Positions 28,835 to 39,616 are shown, counted from the stretch's first letter. The stretch is DNA of 64,000 bases from an uncultured Prevotellaceae bacterium (GCA_902779745.1 CACZCT010000001.1:75-64074); one strand, 5' to 3'. The notes: generated by a model not told the origin, from the letters alone. Numbers and translations are program-made.

Positions 28835-28971
28835 AAGGGAAACAAACCCTGATTCTTGATGGCAAGACCAAAAACCTTCAGTCTTGGGCTTTCAGATTGT
28901 TCACGCTCCGTTTTGGCATTATATTCGTCATGCATACCAGCCACATCCTTCCTAGGGTGTTGTAGATGCTT

Positions 28972-29108
28972 CCTATAGGGGTGAAGCGCCAGCCTAACAG
29001 GGGTGAAGTGCCTACCTAACAGGGAGTAAGAAGCATCCTAACAACCGTTCGCCTATAGGCAAAAGGGTGTACGGCTATAGCCGAAAGGTCTTACGCCTAT
29101 AGCCAAAA
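28972..29108. repeat. Two adjacent degenerate 22-bp-period tandem arrays
   Basis: cctaaca at 28993/29015/29037; g(c/g)ctatag at 29051/29073/29095. Confidence 0.75.
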
Positions 29109-29170
29109 TAGAAGACAACAAAAAGTGCAGGATCAGTAGCAGGGATAGCTGGTTCTTTTAATTTTTCCTA

Positions 29171-29974
29171 TCAAGGCTGCTTGCCGATATAGGCCAGGAT
29201 ACCGCCGTCTACATACAGGATATGACCGTTGACGGCATCAGAGGCATGAGAGGCGAGGAAGACAGCGGGACCTCCGAGTTCCTCCGGATTGAGCCATCGA
29301 CCGGCAGGGGTCTTGGCACAGATGAAGCTGTCGAACGGATGACGGCTGCCGTCTGGCTGACGCTCACGAAGCGGAGCGGTCTGCGGGGTTGCAATATAAC
29401 CCGGACCAATGGCGTTACACTGGATGTTATACTCACCGTACTCTGAACAGATGTTACGGGTCAGCATCTTCAGACCACCCTTGGCGGCAGCATAGGCACT
29501 GACGGTCTCACGTCCCAGTTCGGACATCATCGAGCAGATATTGATAATCTTACCCTCCCGGCGCTCCATCATCTCAGGGACGACGGCAGCAGCACAGATG
29601 TACGGACCGACGAGATCGATGTCAATGACTTGCTGGAACTCGGCGCGTGTCATCTCATGCATCGGGATGCGCTTGATGATACCGGCATTGTTGACGAGGA
29701 TGTCAATCTGTCCGACTTCCTGGTGAATCTTCTCCACCAACGCCTTGACGGCCACCTCGTCCGTAACATCGCAGACGTAGCCCTTCACGTTCTCTATGCC
29801 TGCCTCATGATAGGCAGCCAATGCCTTCTGAAGAGCCTCTTCCCCACGGACGTTGAAGATAATGGTCTTGGCACCTGCCTCTACAAAAGCCTGTGCGATA
29901 CTGAATCCGATACCATAGGCTGCACCGGTAATCCAGGCATTCTTGCCTTCTAATGAAAAGATGTTTGTAATCAT
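29171..29974 (-). CDS. idnO: Gluconate 5-dehydrogenase (KduD/IdnO-like SDR)
   Basis: TGAAYGIG, NNAG, SMMSELGRETVSAYAAAKGG. Confidence 0.88.
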   Translation of the reverse strand: MITNIFSLEGKNAWITGAAYGIGFSIAQAFVEAGAKTIIFNVRGEEALQKALAAYHEAGIENVKGYVCDVTDEVAVKALVEKIHQEVGQIDILVNNAGIIKRIPMHEMTRAEFQQVIDIDLVGPYICAAAVVPEMMERREGKIINICSMMSELGRETVSAYAAAKGGLKMLTRNICSEYGEYNIQCNAIGPGYIATPQTAPLRERQPDGSRHPFDSFICAKTPAGRWLNPEELGGPAVFLASHASDAVNGHILYVDGGILAYIGKQP

Positions 29975-30008
29975 GTTGTTTTTGTTTGTTTTAATATTTG
30001 ATTAATCA

Positions 30009-31916
30009 TCAGTAGTCTAAGATCAGCGACTGGCGCGGACGCAACGTCAGGTCTTTGGAGAGGTCGTAATAGCGCCCCGTCAGGATGTCCTTGGCCCGTT
30101 GGGTATTCCCGATGACTTCCGCATAGCGCTTCACCTGCATGGTGGCAGGCTGACTGGTGCCGTTGAGGATGGTGAGTGCCGTACGTCCCTGATGCTGACG
30201 GGCAATGACATAGACACCATCGTAGGGGATGAACTGTATCTGTTTGCCTTTGGAGATGACCAGGTTGTCCTTTCTCCACTGCAGCAGCCGACTGGTCCAT
30301 TGGAACATCTGCTGCTCTGCCTTGGTACGTCCCTCCTTGGTAAAGGCGTTGTGGGTATCACCAGGGAATCCGCCGGGGAAGTCCTTACGGACGTTGCCGT
30401 CAGTCACCTCCTTGGTACCGTTCATCAGGATCTCCGTACCGTAATAGAGCTGGGGGATGCGGTTGACTGTCATCAACAAGGCGACTGCCTGTTTGAGAGC
30501 AAGCGAGTCACAGCCGTTACCCAGGAAACGGTCGGTATCGTGGTTGTCGATGAATGCCATCACAGAAGATGGGTTCGGATAGAGGTAGTCATAGACGAAA
30601 GAGTTATAGATACGGTTCAGTCCGTTCCACCAGGCATCCGTCTCCTCATTCTTCGCCTGGTTGAGCTTGTCGAAGAACGAGAAGTCCATGACGGTCTTCA
30701 GGTAACTGTTCTCCTCGGAGAGCTTGCTGTCCTTCTGCCAGGCAGCGGTATAGGCAGGCTCGGTGACCCATGTCTCTCCCACCGTGTTGAAGTTCGGGTA
30801 TTCCTCGTCCAGTTCTTTCATCCAGCGAGCCATTCCCTTGGCATCGGCATAGGGATAGGTGTCCATACGGATACCGTCGATGCCCACCGTCTCAATCCAC
30901 CAGATAGAGTTCTGGATAAGATAGGTCATCACATGCGGATTACGCTGGTTCAGGTCGGGCATAGTAGGCACAAACCAGCCGTCAACGGTCTCCTTCAAAT
31001 CCACCTTCGAGGCATAGGGATCCTTGACGGGTGTCAGTTTATAGGATGTCTGCAGGAAACTCTTGGTGGGATTACTGGTGCCTCCGGACTCCTCCAGCCA
31101 TTCAGGCGTATTGAGCCAGTCCTTACTGGGCATGTCTGCCACCCAGGGGTGTTCAAAGCCGCAGTGGTTGAAGATCATGTCCATCACAATCTTCAGGCCT
31201 TTTCGATGTGCCTCATCCGCCAACCGGCGATAGTCGTCGTTGCTGCCGAAACGGGGGTCTACTTTATAATAATCTGTAGTGGCATAGCCGTGATAGGTAC
31301 TGAACCCGTTGTCGTTGTCAGGGGAGTTATTCTCCAGTACGGGTGTAAACCAGAGTGCCGTGACACCCAGTTCCTGGAAATAATCCAGGTGTTCACGGAT
31401 ACCCTCCAGGTCACCGCCATGACGGAGGGAGGGCTGGCTGCGGTCTTCCCTATAGGTATTCATTCCCTTGATCTGTGCAGCATGTCCGGCACCCTGTGCA
31501 AAGCGGTCGGGCATCAACATATAGAGGACATCGGCATTGGTGAATCCCTTCCGCTGGTCACCAGCCATCTCACGCTCCTTCAGGGTGTAGCTGGCAACCT
31601 CACTTTTCACTTTTCCCTTTTCGTTTTTCACTTGAAACATGAGTTTCATCGTGCCTGCCTTTGCTCCCTTCAGGTTCATATAGACCAGCAGGTAGTGGGG
31701 GGATTCCAGGTGTACGACACTGTCAATACGGGCACCGGGATAGTCGGTGGTCACCTTCTGGACCGTTGAAAGGTCCGTACCATAGACCATCAACTGCAAC
31801 TGGGGGTTCTTCATGCCCACATACCAATCGGTAGGGTCTATTCTGTCGATTTTCACTTTCGCATTCATTCCCATTATTTGTAACGCAAGGATTGTCAAGA
31901 TGATAGTTCGTCTCAT
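30009..31916 (-). CDS. susA: GH13 neopullulanase/cyclomaltodextrinase (SusA-like)
   Basis: RIDPTDWYVGMKN, DMIFNH, GIRMDT, VGETW, FIDNHD. Confidence 0.88.
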   Translation of the reverse strand: MRRTIILTILALQIMGMNAKVKIDRIDPTDWYVGMKNPQLQLMVYGTDLSTVQKVTTDYPGARIDSVVHLESPHYLLVYMNLKGAKAGTMKLMFQVKNEKGKVKSEVASYTLKEREMAGDQRKGFTNADVLYMLMPDRFAQGAGHAAQIKGMNTYREDRSQPSLRHGGDLEGIREHLDYFQELGVTALWFTPVLENNSPDNDNGFSTYHGYATTDYYKVDPRFGSNDDYRRLADEAHRKGLKIVMDMIFNHCGFEHPWVADMPSKDWLNTPEWLEESGGTSNPTKSFLQTSYKLTPVKDPYASKVDLKETVDGWFVPTMPDLNQRNPHVMTYLIQNSIWWIETVGIDGIRMDTYPYADAKGMARWMKELDEEYPNFNTVGETWVTEPAYTAAWQKDSKLSEENSYLKTVMDFSFFDKLNQAKNEETDAWWNGLNRIYNSFVYDYLYPNPSSVMAFIDNHDTDRFLGNGCDSLALKQAVALLMTVNRIPQLYYGTEILMNGTKEVTDGNVRKDFPGGFPGDTHNAFTKEGRTKAEQQMFQWTSRLLQWRKDNLVISKGKQIQFIPYDGVYVIARQHQGRTALTILNGTSQPATMQVKRYAEVIGNTQRAKDILTGRYYDLSKDLTLRPRQSLILDY

Positions 31917-34900
31917 AAGCTTTTTTCTTTTTGTTCATTCATATATTCTCTTGGTGACATACCGTAGAACTTCTTGAAGATGGTCGAGAAGGAGGCAGAG
32001 TTATTAAAGCCGCAGGCATACATCACCTCCGTGATATTCATATTCTGGCTCGCCAACAGGTTGGCTGCTTGTTTCAAGCGGATATTACGGATAAAGTCAT
32101 GAGGTGTCTGTCCTGTAAGCTCTTTCATCTTGCGGTGCAGATGGACACGGCTGATACCCACCTCCTCAGCGATGGCATCCACGCTCAACTCGGCATTTCC
32201 GATGTTCTTATTAATGGTCGTCATGATACGTTCCAGCAGTTTGTCGTCAGGAGAGGACATCTGCACCTCTTCCACCTTTTGTTCCAGTTGGTCGTTGCGT
32301 CCGTATTTCAGGCGCAGCATGTTGTAGGTATGGATGAGGTTGATAATGGTACGTCTCAGGATATCCAGGTTAAAGGGTTTGACGATATAGGCATCGGCAC
32401 CTGTCTCAAGTCCTTCCAACTGGTCCTCATCACGGTTCTTCGCCGTCAAGAGGATGACAGGTATATGACTGGTGCCAGAATTGCCCTTGACCTTAGCACA
32501 GAGCGTATTACCATCCATCTCTGGCATCATGACGTCAGAGATCAGCAGGTCTGGAGTACTCTTCAACACCTCCGTCAGCGCCTCCTTGCCATTCTCACAA
32601 CCGATGACCTTATAGTCGTCCGACAGTTCTCGGATAAGGTAGTCACGAATCTCACTATCGTCTTCCGCAATGACAATCGTCTGCTGGCGGCTTGCCTTCG
32701 ACTGTTCCTGTTTCGTAGGCGTGACGACGTAATTCTCCTCCTCTTCCTCAAAAAGACTGGCAGTAGGAGTCACCTCTTCCGTTTCCGTTATGATCTCCTC
32801 AGGCTTCAGGTGATCCTTACCCATAGGGATGGTCACCACGAACTCACAACCATCACCCTCCATGTTGTTATGGGCTGATATGGTACCATGGTGCAGTTCT
32901 ACCAGAGAACGGGTGAGGTCGAGACCGATACCCGTACCCACATTACGGTCATTGACAGAAGACGGTGACTGGTAAAAACGCTCGAAAATGCGCTCCAACT
33001 TGTCTTCTGGAATCTTCTCGCCATTATCATAAATCTTGATGGTGGCCTGATGACCGTCATGGGTAATACCAATACGGATGACACCACCTGTAGGAGTAAA
33101 CTTAAACGCGTTAGAGAGGATATTCACAATGACCTTGTCGAAATTGTCACGGTCAACCCATACTGGGAGTTCCTGGGTGTCATATTCGTAAGAGAACTGA
33201 ATGTTCTTCGCCTTTGCCTGTTGGGCAAAAAGGGTGTAGATATCTCCCACGAAACCGATGAGGTCTGTCTCACGCATATGCATCTGCATCTGTCCCTTGT
33301 CGATCTTCCGCAGGTCCATCATCTGGTTAATGAGTCCTAAAATACGCTCGGCATTGCGACGGATGGTCTCATAGAGACCACGGCGATGCGGGTCGTCATC
33401 CTGTTTCATCAGGGAGAGAAGGGGTGACACGATAAGGGTCATAGGAGTACGAATCTCATGACTGATATTCATGAAGAACCGGAGTTTCGCCTCTCCCATC
33501 TCCTCCGCATGGATATGCTCCTGTAGTCGCAGGTTATCCTGTTCCTTATGGCGAAGGTAGAGGAGATATCTCCAGACTGCCAAGGCTATCAGCAACAGGT
33601 AGATAATTGATGCCAGGGTAGTACGATACCAAGGGGCATGGATGAATACCGTGAAGTTGCGTTCTTCGGTCGTCTGGTTATTACGCTGGGCTATCACCGA
33701 GAAATCATATTTACCTGGTGACATGTGACTGAACGTAATCTCGTTGACACCCGGCTGCAGGCGCACCCAGTCTTCTCTGTTAATGCGGTAGCTGTAGACG
33801 ATATGTTCCGGATTATCGTATGTCAGGGTGGACAACTGGATAGTAAACGAGTTGTCGCTATAGCTGAGGACGAAACGCTTGGAGGCGATAACGGTCGTAT
33901 CCGTCACATGATACCAGCCCGACTTGGTCTCCGGAGTCACCAGTTCGTCATTGACAGAGAAGGCTGTCAGTTTCACGTCTGCCTTCCAATCAGTCTGTTT
34001 GATGTCAGAAGGCTTGAACCAGGTCACACCACCCACACCTCCGAAAATCAGGGTGCCTTGGGCGGAGATGCTGGAAGCACCATCGCTGAACTCATTACTC
34101 TGCAGACCATTATCTATGAAGAAACTCTGCGTCAGTTGTGACTTGGGGTTATAGCAACAGAGGCCGTGGTCGGTACTTACCCATATCATACCTTGCTGGT
34201 CTTGTTCGATAGAGGCGATACCGTTGTCGGCAAGTCCTTTCTGCATATCCAAGTGCCGCAGTTCCTTGGTGGATAGATTGTAACTGTAGAGACCGTTGTT
34301 TGTGCCAATCCATAACTTGTTATTATATTCTCTGACGATACAGGTCGGGGTACCGTAGTTCAGCGTGTTAGCCCCAAAGACCTTTATCCAGCTCTCAGTG
34401 GCTATCTCCATACAGCAGACACCCATGGTCGTGGCCAGATAAATGCGCTTCCCATCCGGAGAGAGAGACAACTGGGAGATATAATTATTGATAATCGTGT
34501 TGATCTTGCGGTCCCTGACCGCATTCTCCTCAGACACATACGCCTTCACCTCCCTGGTGGCATTGTCAATACGCAGGAGTCCCTCTCCCATCGTTCCAAG
34601 CCAGAGGTTACCCTGCCGGTCACATTCCAGGTCAAAAATACTCACAGCTCCGCCTTGTGGCAGTTGCTGACGATGGAAAGTATGACTGCTGACGTCTATC
34701 CAGCCACATCCCTCCCTATAGGAACCTATCCAGATATGTCCTTGACGGTCTTCCGCAATACTCAGTATCGTACCGGGGAAGTTTTCCTTATAGTGGAAGA
34801 CTGGTTGGTCCTTAGCATCAAAACTGTAGAGTCCATCCTTGTCGGTGCCAACCCATGTCCACCCCCTGCTGTCTATCAGCACACTGGTCACACAAGCCTG

Positions 34901-35953
34901 CCCTATCAGGTTCCGGGTTCCCAGCTTATAGCCCATATATTGGAAACGGCTCTCCAGACGGGGCTGCTTATAGATGCCTTTCTGCAGGAGTCCCAGCCAT
35001 ACATTTCCCGTATTGTCCTCTACGATGGAATAACACTTGCTCATCGAGAGATCAACCTCCCGGCTATAATAAGGGTTGTTGACCAACGTTCCCGTTTGGG
35101 GATTGAAGACACCCATGCCCTTTCCGTCGTAGCCTAACAGTAATTCACCTTTCTTCGTAGCATAAATCTCAATAACCGGCAAGCTACCAGTAACTGCCAC
35201 ATGCTCGAAATGACCTTTCTCCGTCAGCACATAAAGACCGTTATGGGCGGTACCCGCATAAATCTTACCGTCCTTGCCCTCACAGACTGCGCGCAGGTCA
35301 CTGCAAAAAGCCTCGTCTTCGAAATAGCGGTAACTCTTATCCCCGACATAGCAGACCAGTCCCTGTTCCTCGGTGACGAGCCACAATCGCTGCTGCTGGT
35401 CCTCTGTCATACGATGCACCCCTACGATATCTTCCAGGGCACCTCCTACCTGATGGGCATTCTCCTTGTCCACCAACCGTAATAATCCGTGTCCGGAAGT
35501 ACCGATCATGACATCTCCGTTCTTCCGTTCCGTAAAACAGGTCACGTAAGGCGGCATAACATGTCCCTCCAGATCATGTACCTTGATATCTTTGAAGCGA
35601 TAGCCGTTGAATGACTGCAAGGCACCATACATTCCCACATAGAAGAGTCCGTTGCGGTCCTGCAGGATACAGTTGACGTAGTTGCTCGCCATTCCCATAT
35701 TCACCGTCTTCTCCTTCTTCAGAATACGGAACTGGTAGCCGTCATATTTATTAAGACCGTTACGGGTTGCCACCCAGAGGAATCCGTCGGAGTCAATATA
35801 TATCTGACTCACGAAACTACTTGACAACTGTTCTTCTGCGTCAAATAGTTTTCCTGTCTGGGCATGTGTGCCAAGAGTAAAAAACAGCGAGAATAGGATT
35901 AGTAGTAGTAAATGCACTCGCTGGTTGTAGTCGTAATGAACTTTACTTTTCAT
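31913..35953 (-). CDS. Hybrid two-component sensor/regulator (HTCS, AraC output)
   Basis: Propeller repeats, Y_Y_Y, SHEIRTP, GTGIGL, receiver SDVMMP, AraC HTH. Confidence 0.95.
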   Translation of the reverse strand: MKSKVHYDYNQRVHLLLLILFSLFFTLGTHAQTGKLFDAEEQLSSSFVSQIYIDSDGFLWVATRNGLNKYDGYQFRILKKEKTVNMGMASNYVNCILQDRNGLFYVGMYGALQSFNGYRFKDIKVHDLEGHVMPPYVTCFTERKNGDVMIGTSGHGLLRLVDKENAHQVGGALEDIVGVHRMTEDQQQRLWLVTEEQGLVCYVGDKSYRYFEDEAFCSDLRAVCEGKDGKIYAGTAHNGLYVLTEKGHFEHVAVTGSLPVIEIYATKKGELLLGYDGKGMGVFNPQTGTLVNNPYYSREVDLSMSKCYSIVEDNTGNVWLGLLQKGIYKQPRLESRFQYMGYKLGTRNLIGQACVTSVLIDSRGWTWVGTDKDGLYSFDAKDQPVFHYKENFPGTILSIAEDRQGHIWIGSYREGCGWIDVSSHTFHRQQLPQGGAVSIFDLECDRQGNLWLGTMGEGLLRIDNATREVKAYVSEENAVRDRKINTIINNYISQLSLSPDGKRIYLATTMGVCCMEIATESWIKVFGANTLNYGTPTCIVREYNNKLWIGTNNGLYSYNLSTKELRHLDMQKGLADNGIASIEQDQQGMIWVSTDHGLCCYNPKSQLTQSFFIDNGLQSNEFSDGASSISAQGTLIFGGVGGVTWFKPSDIKQTDWKADVKLTAFSVNDELVTPETKSGWYHVTDTTVIASKRFVLSYSDNSFTIQLSTLTYDNPEHIVYSYRINREDWVRLQPGVNEITFSHMSPGKYDFSVIAQRNNQTTEERNFTVFIHAPWYRTTLASIIYLLLIALAVWRYLLYLRHKEQDNLRLQEHIHAEEMGEAKLRFFMNISHEIRTPMTLIVSPLLSLMKQDDDPHRRGLYETIRRNAERILGLINQMMDLRKIDKGQMQMHMRETDLIGFVGDIYTLFAQQAKAKNIQFSYEYDTQELPVWVDRDNFDKVIVNILSNAFKFTPTGGVIRIGITHDGHQATIKIYDNGEKIPEDKLERIFERFYQSPSSVNDRNVGTGIGLDLTRSLVELHHGTISAHNNMEGDGCEFVVTIPMGKDHLKPEEIITETEEVTPTASLFEEEEENYVVTPTKQEQSKASRQQTIVIAEDDSEIRDYLIRELSDDYKVIGCENGKEALTEVLKSTPDLLISDVMMPEMDGNTLCAKVKGNSGTSHIPVILLTAKNRDEDQLEGLETGADAYIVKPFNLDILRRTIINLIHTYNMLRLKYGRNDQLEQKVEEVQMSSPDDKLLERIMTTINKNIGNAELSVDAIAEEVGISRVHLHRKMKELTGQTPHDFIRNIRLKQAANLLASQNMNITEVMYACGFNNSASFSTIFKKFYGMSPREYMNEQKEKSL

Positions 35954-36062
35954 AAATCAGCTTACTAGATTCGGTGATGTTACACCAGAGCAAGTGCAAA
36001 GATAGCAAATTTTATCAGATGTAGCAAATAATTGTTACATTTTTCTACGAAATGTAACATAT

Positions 36063-37253
36063 TCAATGGAAAAGCCCACCTGTTTTCCCTAATAGGAACT
36101 TTTCCAGAAACGCTTCGACGATGGGATACTGACTCTCGGGAAGCATACAATGGGGATGTCCTCCTACAATAGAGATATCTATGCGGTCTCCGATGCCGAA
36201 CCGTTCCCATACCTTGCGGGCGGCCTGGGCAGAGACTCGTGCAGACTCGTCTGCAAGCCATTTGTAATCGGGATTCCCAAGAATGAGCAGAGCACGGGGA
36301 CAGACCATGGCACACAGTTCATGATGGTCGTAGGGCAGGCGGTATACACTATCGCCGGAGAAGGTAGTACGCATACTCTCCAGGAACCAGTGATAGTCGG
36401 TTTTATCCAGACACTCCACACCATCCATCCGATGGGATACACGCCATGCGGCAGCACCTCCGCCTCCGGGTTCCTGGGCGATGGTCAGGGCGATACGCTC
36501 GTCGAAGGCTCCGCAGAACAGTGCCATCTTTCCAGCATAGGAACAGCCAGAGACCCCGATATGCTGCATGTCAATCTTCGTCTTCTCCTCTCCCAGTTGC
36601 TGGAGTCCGTCGATGAGGCGACTCAGTCCCCATGCCCACTCGCTATAAGCACCATTGTCCTTCAGATGGGGATAGAGACGGTCGAAGGGATGCTCGCCAC
36701 GGTCGTGGTGCGGCCGCCATTGGGAGTAGTCGTTCACCTGTGCCTCGTGGAACGTCATCGTAGCGATGGGACGGTCCTCGAAGAGTAGCTTTGGCAGACT
36801 GAGCATACTGGTGCCTATCATCAGGGCATAGGGCGCCTTGCCTGTCTTGGGATAATGGATAGCGGAGCGCAGCGTGAGCGTCTCACCGTTGACGGTCACG
36901 TCGACGATGAGGGTGTCACCGTCCATCCGCGCGTGGATGTCCTTCAGGTCAACGGCAGGTTTCTCCCCGATCTCATAGTGCTGTATCTCAGCAGCTATCT
37001 CACTGCGCCGCCTGCTCCACTCACCGAAGTTGCTGACGATGCCCTGTCCGTTACTCCAAGCTAATGGGTCAGGCAACTCCTGGGATTCTGGCAGTTGATC
37101 ATATCCCGGCATGACAGGCGAAGCGAAATGACTGCCCGTATGTTCCTGTTGATACACTCGCGGGATGTCCTCGTCATCCTGCTGATAAAATGTGGCTGCC
37201 ATAACGGCAGCCACACACATGGTTAAGTGGATTGTCAAGATAGTTTTTCTCAT
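36063..37253 (-). CDS. CE15 glucuronoyl esterase-family protein
   Basis: WAWGLSRLIDGL, GCSYAGK, QEPGGGG, PYDHHEL; start at MRKTIL (37253). Confidence 0.88.
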   Translation of the reverse strand: MRKTILTIHLTMCVAAVMAATFYQQDDEDIPRVYQQEHTGSHFASPVMPGYDQLPESQELPDPLAWSNGQGIVSNFGEWSRRRSEIAAEIQHYEIGEKPAVDLKDIHARMDGDTLIVDVTVNGETLTLRSAIHYPKTGKAPYALMIGTSMLSLPKLLFEDRPIATMTFHEAQVNDYSQWRPHHDRGEHPFDRLYPHLKDNGAYSEWAWGLSRLIDGLQQLGEEKTKIDMQHIGVSGCSYAGKMALFCGAFDERIALTIAQEPGGGGAAAWRVSHRMDGVECLDKTDYHWFLESMRTTFSGDSVYRLPYDHHELCAMVCPRALLILGNPDYKWLADESARVSAQAARKVWERFGIGDRIDISIVGGHPHCMLPESQYPIVEAFLEKFLLGKTGGLFH

Positions 37254-37258
37254 ACGTC

Positions 37259-39451
37259 TTACTTGAATAGCAGTTGTGCCATCTGATAGAGACTTCTTCT
37301 CCAAGTGAGGAACTCATGGGCAGTACCCTCAGAGATTAGTCCGTGAGCATCAAAGCCGGCAGCCTTCAGTGCTTCCACGCTCTTGTTGATACCATCGGGA
37401 TTCTCCTTGTCACCACAACTCTCGAAAATAACCTTCACAGCCTTGGGATCCTTGATCTCGTCAGGCATATAGGTGCCGCCGCTCAGCAGTCCCCAGTAGC
37501 CGAATACCTCAGGACGGCGCAGGGTGATGAGTTTTGTCTCTACGCCACCCATCGACAGACCAGCCATTGCACGGTTCCACTTGTCTGCCTTGGTCAGGAA
37601 GTTGGCATCGATAAAAGGAACCAGTTCGTCAACGAGTAATGTCTCGAACTCCTTGGCAGTGAACTGTCCAATGGTACCGAATTTAATATCATTAGTCAGA
37701 CCATATGCCATCACGATGATGAACGGCTTGATCTTGCCGTCGGCAATCAGGTTGTCCATGATCAGTCCGGCATGTCCTTGCTTGCCCCAACTGGTCTCGT
37801 TCTCACCCCAGCCATGCTGCAGGTAGAGTACGGGGAACCGCTCTTGAGCAGCCTTGGTTCCCTTGCCGCTCAGTTTTCCGTATGTAGGTGGCAGATAAAC
37901 CATAGCGGTCTGCATCTTACCCAGACTCTTCGAATAGAACAAAACCTCCTGGATATTGCCATGGGCGATGTTGGTACGGCACTCGTAGATGTCCTGATCC
38001 TTGGCAGGAATCTCAATACCGCTCTCCCAACGACAAGAGCCGAAATAGTTATGCGTACCGGGATCGTTGAAGACGCCACCATCGATGGTGAGGTGATAGT
38101 AGTGGAAACCAGGATCCATCGGACCCTCTGTCGTTCCTACCCAGACACCATCCTTATCCTTGCGCAGTACAGTACCGCCACGACCGCCAAGGCCCAGACT
38201 TACAATCACGGACTTGGCATCGGGAGCCTCTATGCGGAAGCGGGCAAAACCCTCGCTGTTCACCTGCGGATACTCCTGTCCAGACTGGTTCATGGGGTTG
38301 GCTACCCAGTCATCCTTAGGTACATAGTTGTCGCGGGCAACATCGAAATCGCGGATGACTGCCAGTGAACGCTTCGCTTTAAAGTTCTCGTCGAAAGGCA
38401 GCGGATGGTTGTTAACACCCAACCAAGAGTCCTTATCGCTCAGGTTCCAGAAAGTCACGTTCTTGATGACATCCTTATGCTTACGGAAAACTTTGAAGAT
38501 ACGGTTGTACTGATCCTCCTGAATGGTAGCGATATAGGGAGCCTGTGGCTTTGCTTCACCACGTGAGAACATCAGCTGACCACCACTCTCCATATTGGTA
38601 CGCAGGTCAAGCTCAGTGATGTGGATGGTATTGACAATCTCACTAAAACGGGTGATAGCCTGGTCGAGAGCCTCTTCATCGGGGAAGTAGATGTTATAGT
38701 GACCCTGCATACCGATACCGTCGATGGGTACACCGGCATCCTTCATCTTCTTGACCATCGTATAGATACGCTCACGCTTGCCGGGATCCACACAACTGTA
38801 GTCGTTATAAATCAGTACACCTGTCGGGTCAGCCTCGCGGGCAAACTCGAAAGCCTTGGCGATGAACTCGTCGCCGCAGAGCTGGAAGTGCTTGCTCTGA
38901 CGATAGGGACTGGGAGCAGCAGCACCTGGACGGAAAGAACGGAACATCATGTTGTCGTCGGCCATCGCCTCGTTCACGACATCCCAAGCATATACCACAT
39001 CCTTATAGCGGTTTACTACGGTATGGATATGATCGCGCAGACGCTTGTAGAACACCTCTTTCTTCACGGGCTTACCTTTCTTGTCGGTAAACATCCAGTC
39101 GGCAAACTGAGAGTGCCAGCACAGACAGTGACCACGCATCTTGATACCGTTCTCACGGCAGAAGTTGGCAATCCTGTCGGCCTTCTCAAAGTCCCAAACG
39201 CCCTCTTCTGGATGGATTTCGCCTGGCTTCCAGTCATTCTCGGCAGTCACACTGTTAAACTGCTTCTTGATAATCTCGATTTGAGCGGGATCAGTCACAT
39301 TCGTCTGATTGACAGCCACACCGATCGTGAAGAAATCCTTATAGGCATCCTTCAAACCAGGTCCTGCAGAATAGTCTACAGGGCGTCCCCACTGTGCAAA
39401 AATGGACGTGCTGCTTACGAGCAATACGGTCAGTAAAAATAATTTTCTCAT
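37259..39451 (-). CDS. Bifunctional GH10 endoxylanase / CE1 feruloyl esterase (Xyn10D-Fae1A-like)
   Basis: TAEN, GHCLCWHSQ, WDVVNE, ITELD; then YLQHGWGE, GLSMGG, HEFLTWR. Confidence 0.93.
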   Translation of the reverse strand: MRKLFLLTVLLVSSTSIFAQWGRPVDYSAGPGLKDAYKDFFTIGVAVNQTNVTDPAQIEIIKKQFNSVTAENDWKPGEIHPEEGVWDFEKADRIANFCRENGIKMRGHCLCWHSQFADWMFTDKKGKPVKKEVFYKRLRDHIHTVVNRYKDVVYAWDVVNEAMADDNMMFRSFRPGAAAPSPYRQSKHFQLCGDEFIAKAFEFAREADPTGVLIYNDYSCVDPGKRERIYTMVKKMKDAGVPIDGIGMQGHYNIYFPDEEALDQAITRFSEIVNTIHITELDLRTNMESGGQLMFSRGEAKPQAPYIATIQEDQYNRIFKVFRKHKDVIKNVTFWNLSDKDSWLGVNNHPLPFDENFKAKRSLAVIRDFDVARDNYVPKDDWVANPMNQSGQEYPQVNSEGFARFRIEAPDAKSVIVSLGLGGRGGTVLRKDKDGVWVGTTEGPMDPGFHYYHLTIDGGVFNDPGTHNYFGSCRWESGIEIPAKDQDIYECRTNIAHGNIQEVLFYSKSLGKMQTAMVYLPPTYGKLSGKGTKAAQERFPVLYLQHGWGENETSWGKQGHAGLIMDNLIADGKIKPFIIVMAYGLTNDIKFGTIGQFTAKEFETLLVDELVPFIDANFLTKADKWNRAMAGLSMGGVETKLITLRRPEVFGYWGLLSGGTYMPDEIKDPKAVKVIFESCGDKENPDGINKSVEALKAAGFDAHGLISEGTAHEFLTWRRSLYQMAQLLFK

Positions 39452-39553
39452 AGTTTTTTGTTTTTATCCTTGCGCTATAGCTGTCCCTTATCAAGGGACT
39501 CTAAATGTGCGTTTGCAAAGTTAGTCACTATTTTTCATTCCTCATATCCTTAA

Positions 39554-39582
39554 ATGTATCATTTATTATTTTATATGTAACA
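39554..39582. promoter_or_regulatory. Candidate HTCS operator (ATGTAWCA direct repeat)
   Basis: ATGTATCA 39554 and ATGTAACA 39575 upstream of the -7 element at 39516-39523; similar pair at 42131/42153. Confidence 0.5.
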
Positions 39583-39616
39583 TATTGTATAAATTTATTC
39601 TTTTTCTAGAAAAAGA

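Noticed and set aside
28972-29108. Possible CRISPR array
   Set aside because: Units are contiguous degenerate 22-mers with no unique spacers and no cas genes
30099-31769. 556-aa plus-strand ORF (likewise 27560-28816, 7383-8540, 40232-41296, 60056-61141)
   Set aside because: Antisense to well-supported genes; a typical artefact of GC-rich third positions
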